A stretch of DNA of 64,000 bases from assembly GCF_040938485.1 (NCBI RefSeq), contig NW_027270937.1, forward strand, positions 1,364,001 to 1,428,000. The letters run 5' to 3'. The translations under genes were made by a program, and so were the position numbers. The stretch comes from Diadema antillarum (Eukaryota). Below are positions 15,401 through 28,363 of this stretch, in pieces; the stretch's first letter is position 1, and each line of letters begins with the position of its first letter. The notes under the pieces are model-generated. The model saw only the letters and a program-made list of their open reading frames with translations, was not told the origin of the DNA and made no database searches.

Positions 15401-18400
15401 CATTTTGCTACAGAAAAAAAAAACAGAAAAGAAAAATAGTGACTTGGCGCTTTAGAACAAGAAAAAAAAAAACAGCACGCAGCACCATTGACTGCTGCAT
15501 GGTATAGTAGACAATAAAAGTGTAGGTGTGTGCGAGTGACAGTGCGTCGTGTGTGCAGGTGACAGTGCAAGAGAGAATAAAGGCTGTAGCATGCCTATTT
15601 TGGGGGTAAGGTATACGCTTTAATGAATGTATGCAATATCATTATCAAAGAAAGGAAAGGAACGGGAGGGAATGAAAAAAACACTTTGCATGGATCAGGG
15701 CTTACTGAGACTTCAGAAAAAAGAAGAAGAAAAAGTAAATTGATCAAAAACTACTAACTGGAAACATATTTCAATAATAAATACTTTTTTAAATGAGCTT
15801 TAAAGGAAAACAGTGAAGTACACTGCTTTAATTGATCAGGTAGGTTATTCCAGACATCGGGACCGTAATGTCTAATTGATTTCTGAGCTAAAACAGTTTT
15901 GGGGTTTACAAACACCGGGACCATGACTAAAACACCGGGACCATGCACCTTTAAAGGACAAGTTCACCTTCATAGACATGTGGGTTGAGTGAATGCAGCA
16001 ATATTAGTAGAACACATCAGTGAGAGTTTGAGGAAAATCCAACAATCCGTTCAAAAGTTATGAATTTTTAAAGTTTCTGCTCAGTCATGGCTGGATAAGA
16101 AGACTACTATAGCTTGTGATGTCACATGAGTACAACGGTATAAAGAAAGTATAAAGAAAATTCACCTTATTTTCACTTTTCTCGCATAACAAAAGAACAC
16201 TCAACTTCTCTCTTTCAGAAGGCAAGGGGAATAATATTATCCTTAACATACATCAGTAACAAGTCCAAGAAATGTGCACTTTATTCAAAAAGTAAAATTT
16301 TGTGAAATTCTCTTTTTATTTTCATTATATCGTTGTACGCATGTGACATCACACACTATAGTAGTCTTCTCATCCAGCAGTAATTGCGCAGATACTTAAA
16401 AAATTCATAACTTTTGAAGGGATTGTCGGATTTTCCTCAAACTTTCACTGATGTGTTCTACTAATATTGTTTCATTCACTCAATCCACATGTACATGAAG
16501 GTGAACTTGTCCTTTAATAAGGATTGCCGTGGATCTATTTCTGTGTGATTATGGTTCCCCTCTGCAGGCTCCACCCGGCTGGTGTACCTCTTCTACAAGG
16601 TGCTGGGTGCCCACTCTGTAGTGAAGCTGTTCCTCAGGGACTGGGACTCCATCGGTCGTCTCTACCAGCTAACCCTTGACCTTCCCATCTGGCTCCCTTA
16701 CCTGACCCTCTCCCCTGCATCGCGCTCGGGTCTCATCATGGGTGAGCAGCCCCTTTGGGGGTCCATTTAACTGTCAAACCCTTTTTAAAGGGATGGTATA
16801 GTTTTGGTTGTGATGGTGGGAGAATTAAAATGTTCCAGTGTTAACTTTTTGTGAAAAAATGAGAAACCTCTGATATGAAATATGAAAGAGCATACAATTC
16901 TAAGAGCAATTCAAAGTTTATTTCATGGTGATTATTGTTTTGGTTTTTTTTTATGGTTGAGATATCCAAAAACAAAGAAATTGTAATAAAAGGTGGGACC
17001 TACTTTTAAATAGGACCACTTTGTTTTACTTTGTTTTTGGATACCTTGGCAATTTCAAAACCGATTTTCATCAAATAAACTTTGAATTCTTCTTTGAATC
17101 GTATGCTCTTTACTATTTCGAAGTGGTTTCTAATTATCTTGCAAAAAGTTAACATTTGAATTCCCCATCTCAACCAAAACTATACTATCCCTTTAAGGGA
17201 AAAGAAAAACTAGCCCCACCCCAATAACAGAATGGTTCTGTTATCTATTGTTTGACTTTTAATTTTTGTCAATTAGTTGGTTAGTTAGTGTGATGGATAT
17301 TAAAAGAGATAGGTAGATAGATAAGTAGGTGGATGGATGGATGAATAGATGGATAGATGTAGATGACATTGATTGATAGAAAAATAGATACATTTACAAT
17401 TGTAGATGATAGAGATAGATTGAAGTATATGTTGTGCATTCTACATTCATGGACAGTAACAATTCATCAAAGTGATTGAACAAGGAGTTGCATGTAAGAA
17501 AATCAGACCATAAAATAATTTGTCACCCTTTTTTTTTTCAGTCATCTGTAGCATAGTAATTGATGCATGTACAAGTACAACATTATCGCAGTGCTGACAT
17601 TTTATGCACTTGAGGGACCAGCTTCACAGTCTGGGCCTCAGAGTCTGACCCTCAAACTTCGTAGCCCAAATTTTTAATTGCCACAAGGGCTTGCTAGATA
17701 ATCAGTTGATAAATCTGTTGTAAGTCATTGTTATAGATAATTTATGAATAAGAAAGAAGATATTTGATTGGTATAGTAATGCCTTGTAAACCTTGGAAAT
17801 GATAGTCTTGATAGGCCGATAGTCTTGATAGGCCGATTTCTTCTGTGCCTGCACTTGGATACAAACTTGGTGTTCTGTCATTGGATGCTGGATTACTAGT
17901 ATTATGTCAGTCTATGGGGAAACACAGTGTTGTACATGTAAATACAGTGCTCATTGGATGCACACTGATGTTTGGGGGCTTTCATATCAGGCCTACGTAG
18001 AGTTGCACAGTGCTGTGTACCAACTACAGTGAGCTTATCCTACCCCACGCTGTGCCTACATCAGCCTCTGTAACAATACACCGTGGGACACAAAGGGTTA
18101 TGCAAGGTGAAAATATATCTTTGTATTGTGTAGGCACTGTATTTTTACAAGTGTTATACTGTAAGGGTCAATACTAATATCTGCCCTCCCCTTGCAGATC
18201 CTCCCTTCACCACACTAGTGGACGTCCAGTCGTTCACCTACCAGAGGATCACCATAGCCTATGGCAAAGACCGGTCCAGCACAGTATGTATACACTCTTG
18301 TTTCCTCACAGAATGTAGTGGATAGTAGAATGGCACAGCACTGAATACCTTTCTCACCAACTGTCGCTATTGGGGGGGGGGGGGGGGGGGGATTTAAGTA

Positions 18401-21400
18401 CAATGCATTGAGGATGTTTTTTTATTGTATGCACACACATGAACACAAGCACACCCAGACATGACTCCCATGGACTTATCTGAACTTTCTGACAACTTTC
18501 TGGTCTTAGCAATAGTGAAGGAAAGGATTAGCGGTCCAATCCATTGTTGGGAGTCAGACATTGTTTTGTGTGTGTATGGTACTCTCACAAAGCATAGTTC
18601 TTCTAATGCAATTCCATTCTATACTCAAATTAACTACAGTATAAGGTCGCATATGCACATGCATTGAAAAAAAAAAAAGTATATGGGTCATAACAACACG
18701 TACATATTAGCAGAGATGATCTCATCACCTCGTAAGTATGACAGTGTGACCTGCCCACATGTTTTTACTAATCTGCATGTGCGGTTGCAGTGGATATCCA
18801 TGTTTTTGTGAAAACGTGGGTTGCTTTTGAGTTCCACAACTTTTTTACTTCAAGTCCGAGTTAAATGAAACTTTAATCGTGTGTATGTGTGCTCACTCAA
18901 TTTGTGAAGGTGGACTTTGAAGTAAAGTGACTTTGCTCTTCAAGTAAGGTTTATCTCTAGTTACCAAAGAGCTAATGGATGGAAAAAGAAAGTAGATTCA
19001 TTTTATTATTGTTACAAGGTGTCATTGTGACATACCCTGGTTCTCACTGACATTAAGGCTGAATGTTGGAAAGTTATGTTTTGTAACATTTCAGGTTTGA
19101 GAATGTGCAATATACCCCTGTTAGCACCAAGTGAAAACATTACCTTGGACAAGAAGAGGGAACCACACATGATTGCCTTCATTATTAAGATACCAAACAC
19201 AGGACAATAATCTTGATGCAACACCTGTCCGTGTCCCTTTGCGTCTTCTTTCCCAGGTAACGGTGACGTGGGACCCAGAGGCCGCAAAGTTCAGCCTGGT
19301 CTTCGGCGCCGTCGGTTCCACCTCCACCGCCAACTGTCACACCATGGTGCAGTCCTACCTTGAAGATGAACTCAACGAGGAGCAAAGCCTTCCCAAACTC
19401 ATCAAGGTCAGTTGACCTTAGATCCTCTTTTTAAAAACTTAAAAAAAAAAAAAAATCAAGTTTGAATCGGTGAGACAAGATGAGAGCTCTCAAAATGAGG
19501 TGTTGCTATAAGATGCTGGTGTAATACTTCTCTGTGCTCTATTCTCTCATCTACTAGTTGTATATTTGATTCTTTCTTTATTTTTCTTATAAATTTTGTT
19601 ACATATTTCCCCTTTGGTCTGCACCATCATGTGATGTGTCTGTGTTTAACTCATTTTTTTTTTTCACTTAATCTTCTTCTTTAAAAAAAAAAAAAATAAA
19701 TAAAATCTATGTTATTCCTGTTACTCAATCTATAAACCTTATCCATCATTTTGTTGTCTGTCTGTCTGTGTGTGCCCTTTTGAATCTACCCAGAATCTGT
19801 GTGACAGCCAGGGGCCCCTCCACGCCATCTGCAAGCTGCCGCTCATCCCCTCCCTGGGTCTCCTGGCCCCCACCAACCAGGTGGCCGGCCCTATCCACAA
19901 GTTTGCCCTTCTGCCCCAGTCCAGCACCCACTACCATGTCATCTTCCACAACACCTACTGTCTGGACGTTCTCTGCAAGAGCAAGAACACAGTGGCCGTC
20001 CGTGGTGAGTCGTTGTCCCCCGGAGAGAGGGGTAATTTCTTTTGTGTCTGGTTTTCGATCTCTTCTCCATGTCACATTTCGGCCCTGTCCTATCAAAGAG
20101 CAGCTAATGATCGTAACTTCAGTGTATACAAGGCAACTTGAGTATGGTTTGCCTAGCATCATTACCTCCGCCAAGGGAGGAGGTTATTATGTTTTCTTTG
20201 GCGTTTGTTTGTTTGTCCGTGTGCAAAATAACTCAGAAAGTTGTGAATGGATTTGGATGAAACTTACAGGAAAGGTTGAGAATGACACAAGTAACAGATG
20301 ATTAAATTTTGGTAGTGATCTGGCAATTTTTGTTGATTTTATGAAGATTTGTGATATTTCGGCAGGTTGGGTCAATGAACTTGGGAGTTCAAGCTGCGTA
20401 TTTTTGAGGTTTTCATACACGAAGAAGTGCGTGCTGTAGTTTCTGCTAAGGCTTCTAATTGGGAAATCGGACGATTTTTCAGCATGCATAGTATGGGTGG
20501 AAATACTGATCTCTATTTGTGACTGTGCATCACAAAACGAACAAAAAGTCGCACACACTGATTTTGTGTGAGGACTGAAAATAGGTGAAATGTATCAACC
20601 GAGCCGATCTTGACTTTTTCATATTTTCTGAAAGAGCAAGCCTTCTTCTACATTATGCTAAAATTTAGGATCATAAAACGGGCAAGAAAGTGTGTTTTTC
20701 AGCAGTTTATCTCGAACAGTTTTTTGGCAGAATAGTGTGATTAAGTGTGTCTTTAGGGTCCCCTTTTCATTCCTTAAATACCTTGTACACTCTCTTCACT
20801 TTCAACTCCTATAACTTTTGAAAGGATGAGGCTACTGCTTTGAAAGTTGGCATTAATTAAGGACAGAATGTGTTAATAAGGCGTGCTTAATTTCAGTGTA
20901 GTCTGGTAATCCCTTATCAGACTACACTGATTGTTATTATTCCAGTGGTTTACATCCTGTTTCTTGTCCCATTCATCACACAGCCAGCACGGCTTGGTAA
21001 AGATTAAGCGCTTGAATGGACACTGTACTTCAGAGCCTCTTTTCTCAGTTCACACTTTTCCTGAGTGTGTGCTTTCTTTCCAATATTTAGATAGGTTAGG
21101 AGAGTCCATTTGGTTTGAGTTATACACCATTTTAAAGCTTAAAGCCTGCTCTTTCACAATATGCTCTTAACTATGATTTCATGTCTGGCGACTTTTTGTT
21201 TGTTTTGTGATGCAGGGTCACATACATTGTATGGAAGAACGAGGTCATTGGTAGAAATTAGCTGCTTGGCGAAGGTCTGCGCTCTCAGAGTGCTTCTCTA
21301 GTTTATATTGAATTGTCTATGATTTTGTCTGACCATGCATCACTATTGATTCAACAGGCCCTCTTACACAGTTACAATCGTAATTAGTAGTAAAGAAAAC

Positions 21401-24400
21401 ATAAAAGAAAAGAAAAAAGGATTGTGTAAATATGTAATTGTCTTATTAGTTGTAGTGAGGTGAATATAAGATTTCACTCAAATTGTAGTGGTGTTGGATA
21501 TCCCACATTATTGTCAAGCAGGTTTTTGTTGTTGCAATGTTCATGTCATTTATTACCCAGAGTGCTTTTATTTCATTTCATGATTGTTATTATTATTATT
21601 TTTTTTTTTCACACAGATGGGTCATTCAGCTTGTTTGATGTGCGGAAGATTGTGGACAGTCTTTACCCTGTGCAGAATTTGAAGGTGAATACTAAGAATT
21701 TTGATTTTCTAAATTCATGTCAGCATCATATTTGTTATAATTATTTTTCTGTTGTGTTTTTTTGTCCGCATTTGATTTGTCTCTTTATGTCTATTTTGTT
21801 TTCTTTGTTGTCTTTAGTGATATGAATGATGTTTAATGGAACCTCAAGTACACTAGATAATTATACATACTTAAACCCATGATATCAGTTTCTGGAACTA
21901 TTGCACTAATAGGAGCTTACAGCATTGATTCTGTGACAACATTCATAGTCTGATTTTCAGTGTTAATTTTTGATCAGTGATAGTGTAATTGTCTGACAGT
22001 CATCTCGATTCTAACCTCCGCTGTTTCTCCCAAGGCTTTTCTGGAGCTGTTCATCGATGAGACAGTGTCCTATCATCATCAGCACCGCAATAGCCGCACC
22101 CTGCACGCCAATGAGGATGACGGCAACCCCCTCTCCCCCATCAACATGGACCCAGGCCCCACCCCACCTGACCCCTACCTTCCCAGTCAGGTGCCGTCGG
22201 CTTACCCACCTGGGGCCTCGCCGATGTCCCGGGCGGGGCTGGGTCAGGGTGGCACGGGAGGCTTTGCCTACCCCATGACTCCGCCCACAGCGCCCGGTGG
22301 ACCGGGCAGCAGCAACCCGGCCACACCCGCCTCACCACACACGTCTGTTCTTTCCTCACAGGTAGGTTGCATCTTTGCCATGTGTGTTACTGTAAATGAA
22401 AGTGTATCAGGATTATAGTAAGAGATTGTTGTGGTCAAATGGAGAAGTGGAAAATTAGGGGATGTATCATTCTGATGAGGTGATAGTATTAAGCTACATT
22501 TGATGAATCTCCTCTAAGGTATTTTGACAGGTATTTGGCTGTGATATAGCTTCTGCATGCTCAAATCAAAGATTGTTAATACTGAAACTTGCTTCTCCGC
22601 ATACATTGATTCTTGATACTTAAGCTTTAATGCTACATGTAATATGTGCAATAAAATGTGGTGGAAATATATGCCAAAGTGTGAGAAAGGGAAAGCTTGT
22701 GCCTTTGTTTGCAACTTTGTGTTACAACTTTTGTTTTCCTTGTGTGTGTGTGTGTGTGTTCATTTGTTCACTACTACATGTGCAGTACACAATGTCTCCT
22801 GGTGCGTACCCACTTGCCTCGCCTCCGTCCATCCCCGGACCTTCCCCATCGGCTGTCATGAAGGGGACCCCCTCACCAGGTATGCTGGCCTATTTCACTA
22901 CTTGCCCTTTACGGATGTAATTTACCAGACCTCTTCTGGAAAGATATTGGCATTGTGTTTGTAAAAGTCAACATAAGTCTGTCGTCACCTAACGGTACCC
23001 CTGCACAAAAGTATTTTGCATTCTGTAAGACATTTGATGATATTATTTAAGCAAATGAGTGATTTTTTTTTTTTATTATCCTTTAATAGAAGATAATCAT
23101 ATCACAGCACTCCCTTTGAGAGACATAAGTTTAAGTTACAGAGCTGTTAGTGTGCACACAATATTTGTGATTTTAAAAAAAATGCTGTCACCTTGTTCAG
23201 TTTAGCTGCAGTATCTTTCAGTCTGTTTGTATGTCTGGACTATTTACATTGTATCTACAGTAAAGCATGATAAATTTAATCTTTGCTCTTATCAAAACTT
23301 AGTTAATGGGTTAAATATGATGGACCAGTTGAAGCAAAGATGATAGAAACTCTGAAAGTGGTCAGAAGGAACATCAAACATTGATTGTACAATCATTCTT
23401 TTTTATGGAAGACCTCTCAAGAAAAGGAAGCATGTTTTAGGAACGAAGGCAATTCGTTTTGCAGAGATGATGTACCATAGTTACAGAGGCTTTCTGTTTG
23501 AATGCTGCTCTCTCTATGAATGAGATTGCCGTATGCTCAATCTGTATTACTGTGAATACCAAGATAAAATTCATCGAGGGTACAATTGGCAAAAAGAAAA
23601 CGTCAGGAAGCATGTTTGTTGATTAAACTTAATACACAATTATAACATGACAGGAGGCAAGACTTCAGATGATGTCTGCAGATTGTCAGTCAAGGATCAC
23701 TGTCTCCACTTGCTCTACTATGCCTTTTTCCCCTCACTTTTCTGCCCATCCCCCTCCCTCTCAGGTCTGGCGGAAGGAGGTTCGCCCTTCACCGCCTCCA
23801 TGGGTCTTGCCATGCCCTCGCCGGGCTCCCGCCAGTGGCCCGGCAGTCCCTCCATGCCGGGCCCCTCCCCCGTGCAGCGCTTTGGGATGGCCCAGTCGCC
23901 TGGCAGCATGGGTGCCACCACCCTCTCTCCGGGGAGTAGCGGCATGACGGGCCAGCAGGGACAAGTTGGTAAGATGATCAAGTTTGGCAGATCATCATGT
24001 GCAGGAGATGTATATGTGGTAGTTTTTCTGTGTGTCGTACCTTAATCGCCAGCTACTTTTTAATGATGATGTATTACAGATGAAGGTAAATTTGTGGTCG
24101 TTTCAAGAAATTCATTTGGTGTAAAGAAAAATTGCATATAATGAATTGTGATAAGTGATGATGCTCTTAATAGTAACTATGACGATAAAGATGTTAATTA
24201 TGTTATCAAATATGTAAATAACGATGATGATGATAATCGTAATGGTCTTATATTCAATAAGACTGGCCTCTTCAGTGCTAGCACTGCAATTCTAAATGGA
24301 CCCGCCATCATTGCTGCTTCTGCAGCTTAATATCTAATCGTCACACAACGGTCAAGAGGTGACTTACATTATGTGCTAGTCTCACCTCACTCCACCGTAA

Positions 24401-27400
24401 TTGTGTTATCCTTTCTACTTCTTTTCTTTTCTTTCCTTCTGTGTGGTAGTGCCACGCCCAGCCCGCATCATGCCCCATCGCAACCTGGCCACCTGCCTCC
24501 CCACCATCCTCTCCCACGATGCCCTCAACCGGATGTTCACCCCGGCCGCCATCCCGGGCACGCCCACCTCGGTGAGCACCTACCTCTGCGCTCCCATCGA
24601 GCGGTTCCTGGGCTCCACGTACCTCCAGCGCCACCTCAAGCGCGTGCTGACATCTGAACAGGTGATGACCATTTGCCTGCACAAGGAGCCAATGCAGAGC
24701 TAAAAATCAAAAGCTCTGCTTTGCTTTGCCCAACCATTACCATATGTGCCATATACTTTGCTAATGGGAACTTGTGAAAGAATTTTGCGAGGGGTTGAAC
24801 TCACAAGTAAGAAGCACATTGACATAGTGAGAAAGAAGTATTGTATTTTTTCAGGAGAAAAGGCACAAACTTCCAACCTTGGAAACCATATCCAGTGTAT
24901 CTTTGTCTTGGGAGGCTAAATCTTTGTGAGTTACTAATTTTGTGAATACACACCATCAAGTATATTGCATGTACAGTATTCAGTTAATATTCATCTGTGG
25001 GTAACAATTATCATTGTAGTGGGGACATTGGCCATTGTTTTTTCCTGTACATATCCTGTGTTTCTTTCCCAGCCAATATTCAGATATGCCATCCATAGCT
25101 GGCTCTTTCATTACTATTAGCAGCAACATAGGTCATACATTGACTCATAAATGTCAGCTCACACAAAGAATTTCGTAGGACATAACAAAAGGAACAACAG
25201 AGAAAACTCCAGATTTTTTTATGCCGCCACGGACCTAATTTTTAGGCCGAGGTTTTCTTTTTGTACAGACCAACATAGTTTGGTTACCAGTCTTTAGTAA
25301 AGTGATAAGTTGTGTCTTCTGTGATCAGTAAATCTTTATACAGAACATGGGGTCCATTTCATGAAGTCATCACATAAAAATCCTTACATAAAATCTCAGA
25401 GTAGTCGAAGTCAATCATATGTAGCTATACAGAGAAATAAAACCCACTTCATGAAGTCTCTCATAAGTGTGTCTTATGAGCAAAAAGTCTGTCATAAGAC
25501 TTTCTTGAAACATGCTTACATTTATGGTTTTCAGGTGTGTTTAGATCACCTTGACTGAATACTTCTTGTGGTATACATGACATTGTTTACCCCCTTTCTT
25601 TATTTTTTTCCCTTTTTTCAGAATCAAACCATACCCCCTTCAGATCAAGGATTCCGGTCTAAAGTAAGTACCAGCTTTCTAAGTTGCTATACCCTCCTAT
25701 TACTCTCCGTCAGTTTTTCATCTGGATGCTAAAGAAAGAGTCTCACGCCAAGAATAGAAAAATCATCAAGGAATGAACAAACAAACAAACAAACAAACAA
25801 AACCAATCCCTTGCTTTCATGTTGCTGTGTGCATATAAAATGATGCAGTTTTGTCTGTTTTTGTGTTGTTAGCTTCTGTTATGGCTCTGTTAGACATCAG
25901 ACCATTATTCAAGTCATATACATCTTTGATCTTTGTATTAGTAACGAGCTTTTACTGAAGGGTGATATATTATGACATTGTGAACAAAATCAAGATTGCA
26001 GTTACATGTATGATTTGAATGATATAACATGCTCTTGTCCTGAGAAAACAAATGGAATGATTGACCTTTCATGATGGGGATTTCTTAAAGGACTGTTGAA
26101 GACTATTTTCTGTGCCAAATAAAGCTTCTTATAATCAGTGAAATGTCTCAAAGATTTCAACAGTCATACTCCCATTGCTATTTAGTGATTGCAAAACTCA
26201 GAGCTTTCTTCTCCTTGCACTTATTTGTAGAAGAAATAAAAATATCTTGATTGGTACCATCTCTCTGTGTCCCAGTGTCATAATGAATGCAATCTTGGCA
26301 ACTTCAGCCCACTACCAACATAGAGGAACATGCACAAGTCTGTGGGGAGATTTTAGAATCTCGATCAGAAAGCTTGAAGTAAAACAACATGTGACATTCT
26401 TCGCAAAGAAGTTCTCTACTCTCTTTATTTGCATGCCCTTTTCTCAAGTCCTTACATGTAGCTTATCTGATTCAGAATAGATTGAGCAGAGAAGAAAGTT
26501 TAGGGACAAGGTATTATTCTGCCTAGTCTTTCACACAAGGTTGTGTACATGTGGGGATTGTAACATATCTTACACCCGCCTGTTCTCTTTCGGATTTTTT
26601 GTACAGCTGGCGATGCTTCCGCAGAGCGACCAGGGGGTGCAGTTCAAGAACAGCTCCCTTGAATTTCGTGTCTGGCTCAACCCAGCGCACATGCAACAGT
26701 TGCATCTACAGGTCAAACAGAGCCAAGGTAAAATAAAAAAAGGCATATCACCCTACACAAGATCGCTTGTGTGGGACTACCATCTTTGGCCAGTGTATCA
26801 TGTGGCTGGAATGTTGTAACAGTTCACATGTACAAACAAGTAGACACAATAGGAAACACAGTCTTTATTATGTATACACCTAGAATAACAAAATATTGGT
26901 AACATATTGTGTTTGCATGAAGAAACATCTATTTTGCCTTAAGCACAGATGAGAGATGATTAAAATTATATCCTGTCTACTACAGGGGGTCTTTAATGAC
27001 AGTTTCCTTGACAGAGTATGGCTGATTATTTGTATTAACCCGTGCTAGTTTCCTCGAGTAATTAGATTTTTGTTTTATTTGATACAAATCAGAAGTATTA
27101 AAAAAACCATTCATACATCACTGTAAGTTTGCCTTATGAAAGCATCTTAAAGGGATCGTATAGTTTTGGTTGAGACCTAATTTTAGGTTTCTAACATTTT
27201 TTGGTGAGATAATGAGAAACCTCTTATGAAATATGAAAGAGCATGTAAATCCATGAGGAATTCAACGTTTATTTGATAAACATTGGTTTTGAAATGGCTG
27301 AGATATCCAAAATAGAGCGATTCTAATAAAGTGTGGGACCCACACTTTTTTACGATCGCTTTGTTTTTGGATGTTTCAGTCATTCCAAACCTGATTTTCA

Positions 27401-28305
27401 TCAAATAAACTTTGCATTCCTCTTTGAATGGTATGCTCTGTACTATTTCATAAGTGTTTTCTCGATATCTCGCAAAAAGTTAAAAGCCCAATTCTCATCT
27501 CCACCAGTACTGTACTATCCCTTTAATAGTTCATGATGATTAGCTACTAGGACACTCTTATCCAAACAGTATGAAATATATGTATATTTTTAAAGCAAAT
27601 ATGTCACTGTAATATCATCGGCCGAGAATGAGAAGGGTATTAAGTTGCCATTAAACCTGTAGTGTTCGAGGCAATTTAACGTCCTTCTCATTCTCAGCCG
27701 ACGATATATGCATGCCCTTGAACATTACCCTATTGCCCTATAATGAAGTTCAATTATATGGAAATCCATTCATGAGCTTGAACAAGGGAATTTTTTAATG
27801 AAATTGTTTATTCACTTTGTTTGTATTACAGATGCTAAGGAGAGATGGAATCCAGAGGAGCTGCAGGTCATTGAGCGTTACTTTGAGAACAAGGTGAGAG
27901 CTTTTAACGTGATCTCGTCCTTTTTAGCTGATAAGTTGACTTCATTGCATGGGTCTGGCCCTATTGGCTGCCAGAAGTGGGTGCAGGAATCATTCCAGTT
28001 AAAGGCAACCAAAGCCCAAATATACATGTGGATTAAGTGAAAACAGCAATATTAGTAGAACACATCAGTGAAAGTTTGGAGAAATTCAGGCAATCCATTC
28101 AAAAGTTATGATTTTTTTTTTTTTTAAAGTTTTAGTGCCATTACTGCTTGATGAGAAAGACTACTTCACTTTATGATGTCAACGTTTTGATAATTGTTGA
28201 TTACATGTTTGAATAGAGAAATATGTGATAGATTTTGTTTTCATTAATTTTGTACACGCATAGAGACTTGACTATCTTATGGTATTATGCGTTCTAGGAA
28301 CTGAC

Positions 28306-28363
<58 letters not shown>

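Noticed and set aside
19251-19262. CAG|GTAACG as a recursive splice site
   Set aside because: The following 150 nt encode conserved MED14 sequence needed for the protein; AG|GT at exon starts is common here and there is no transcript evidence.
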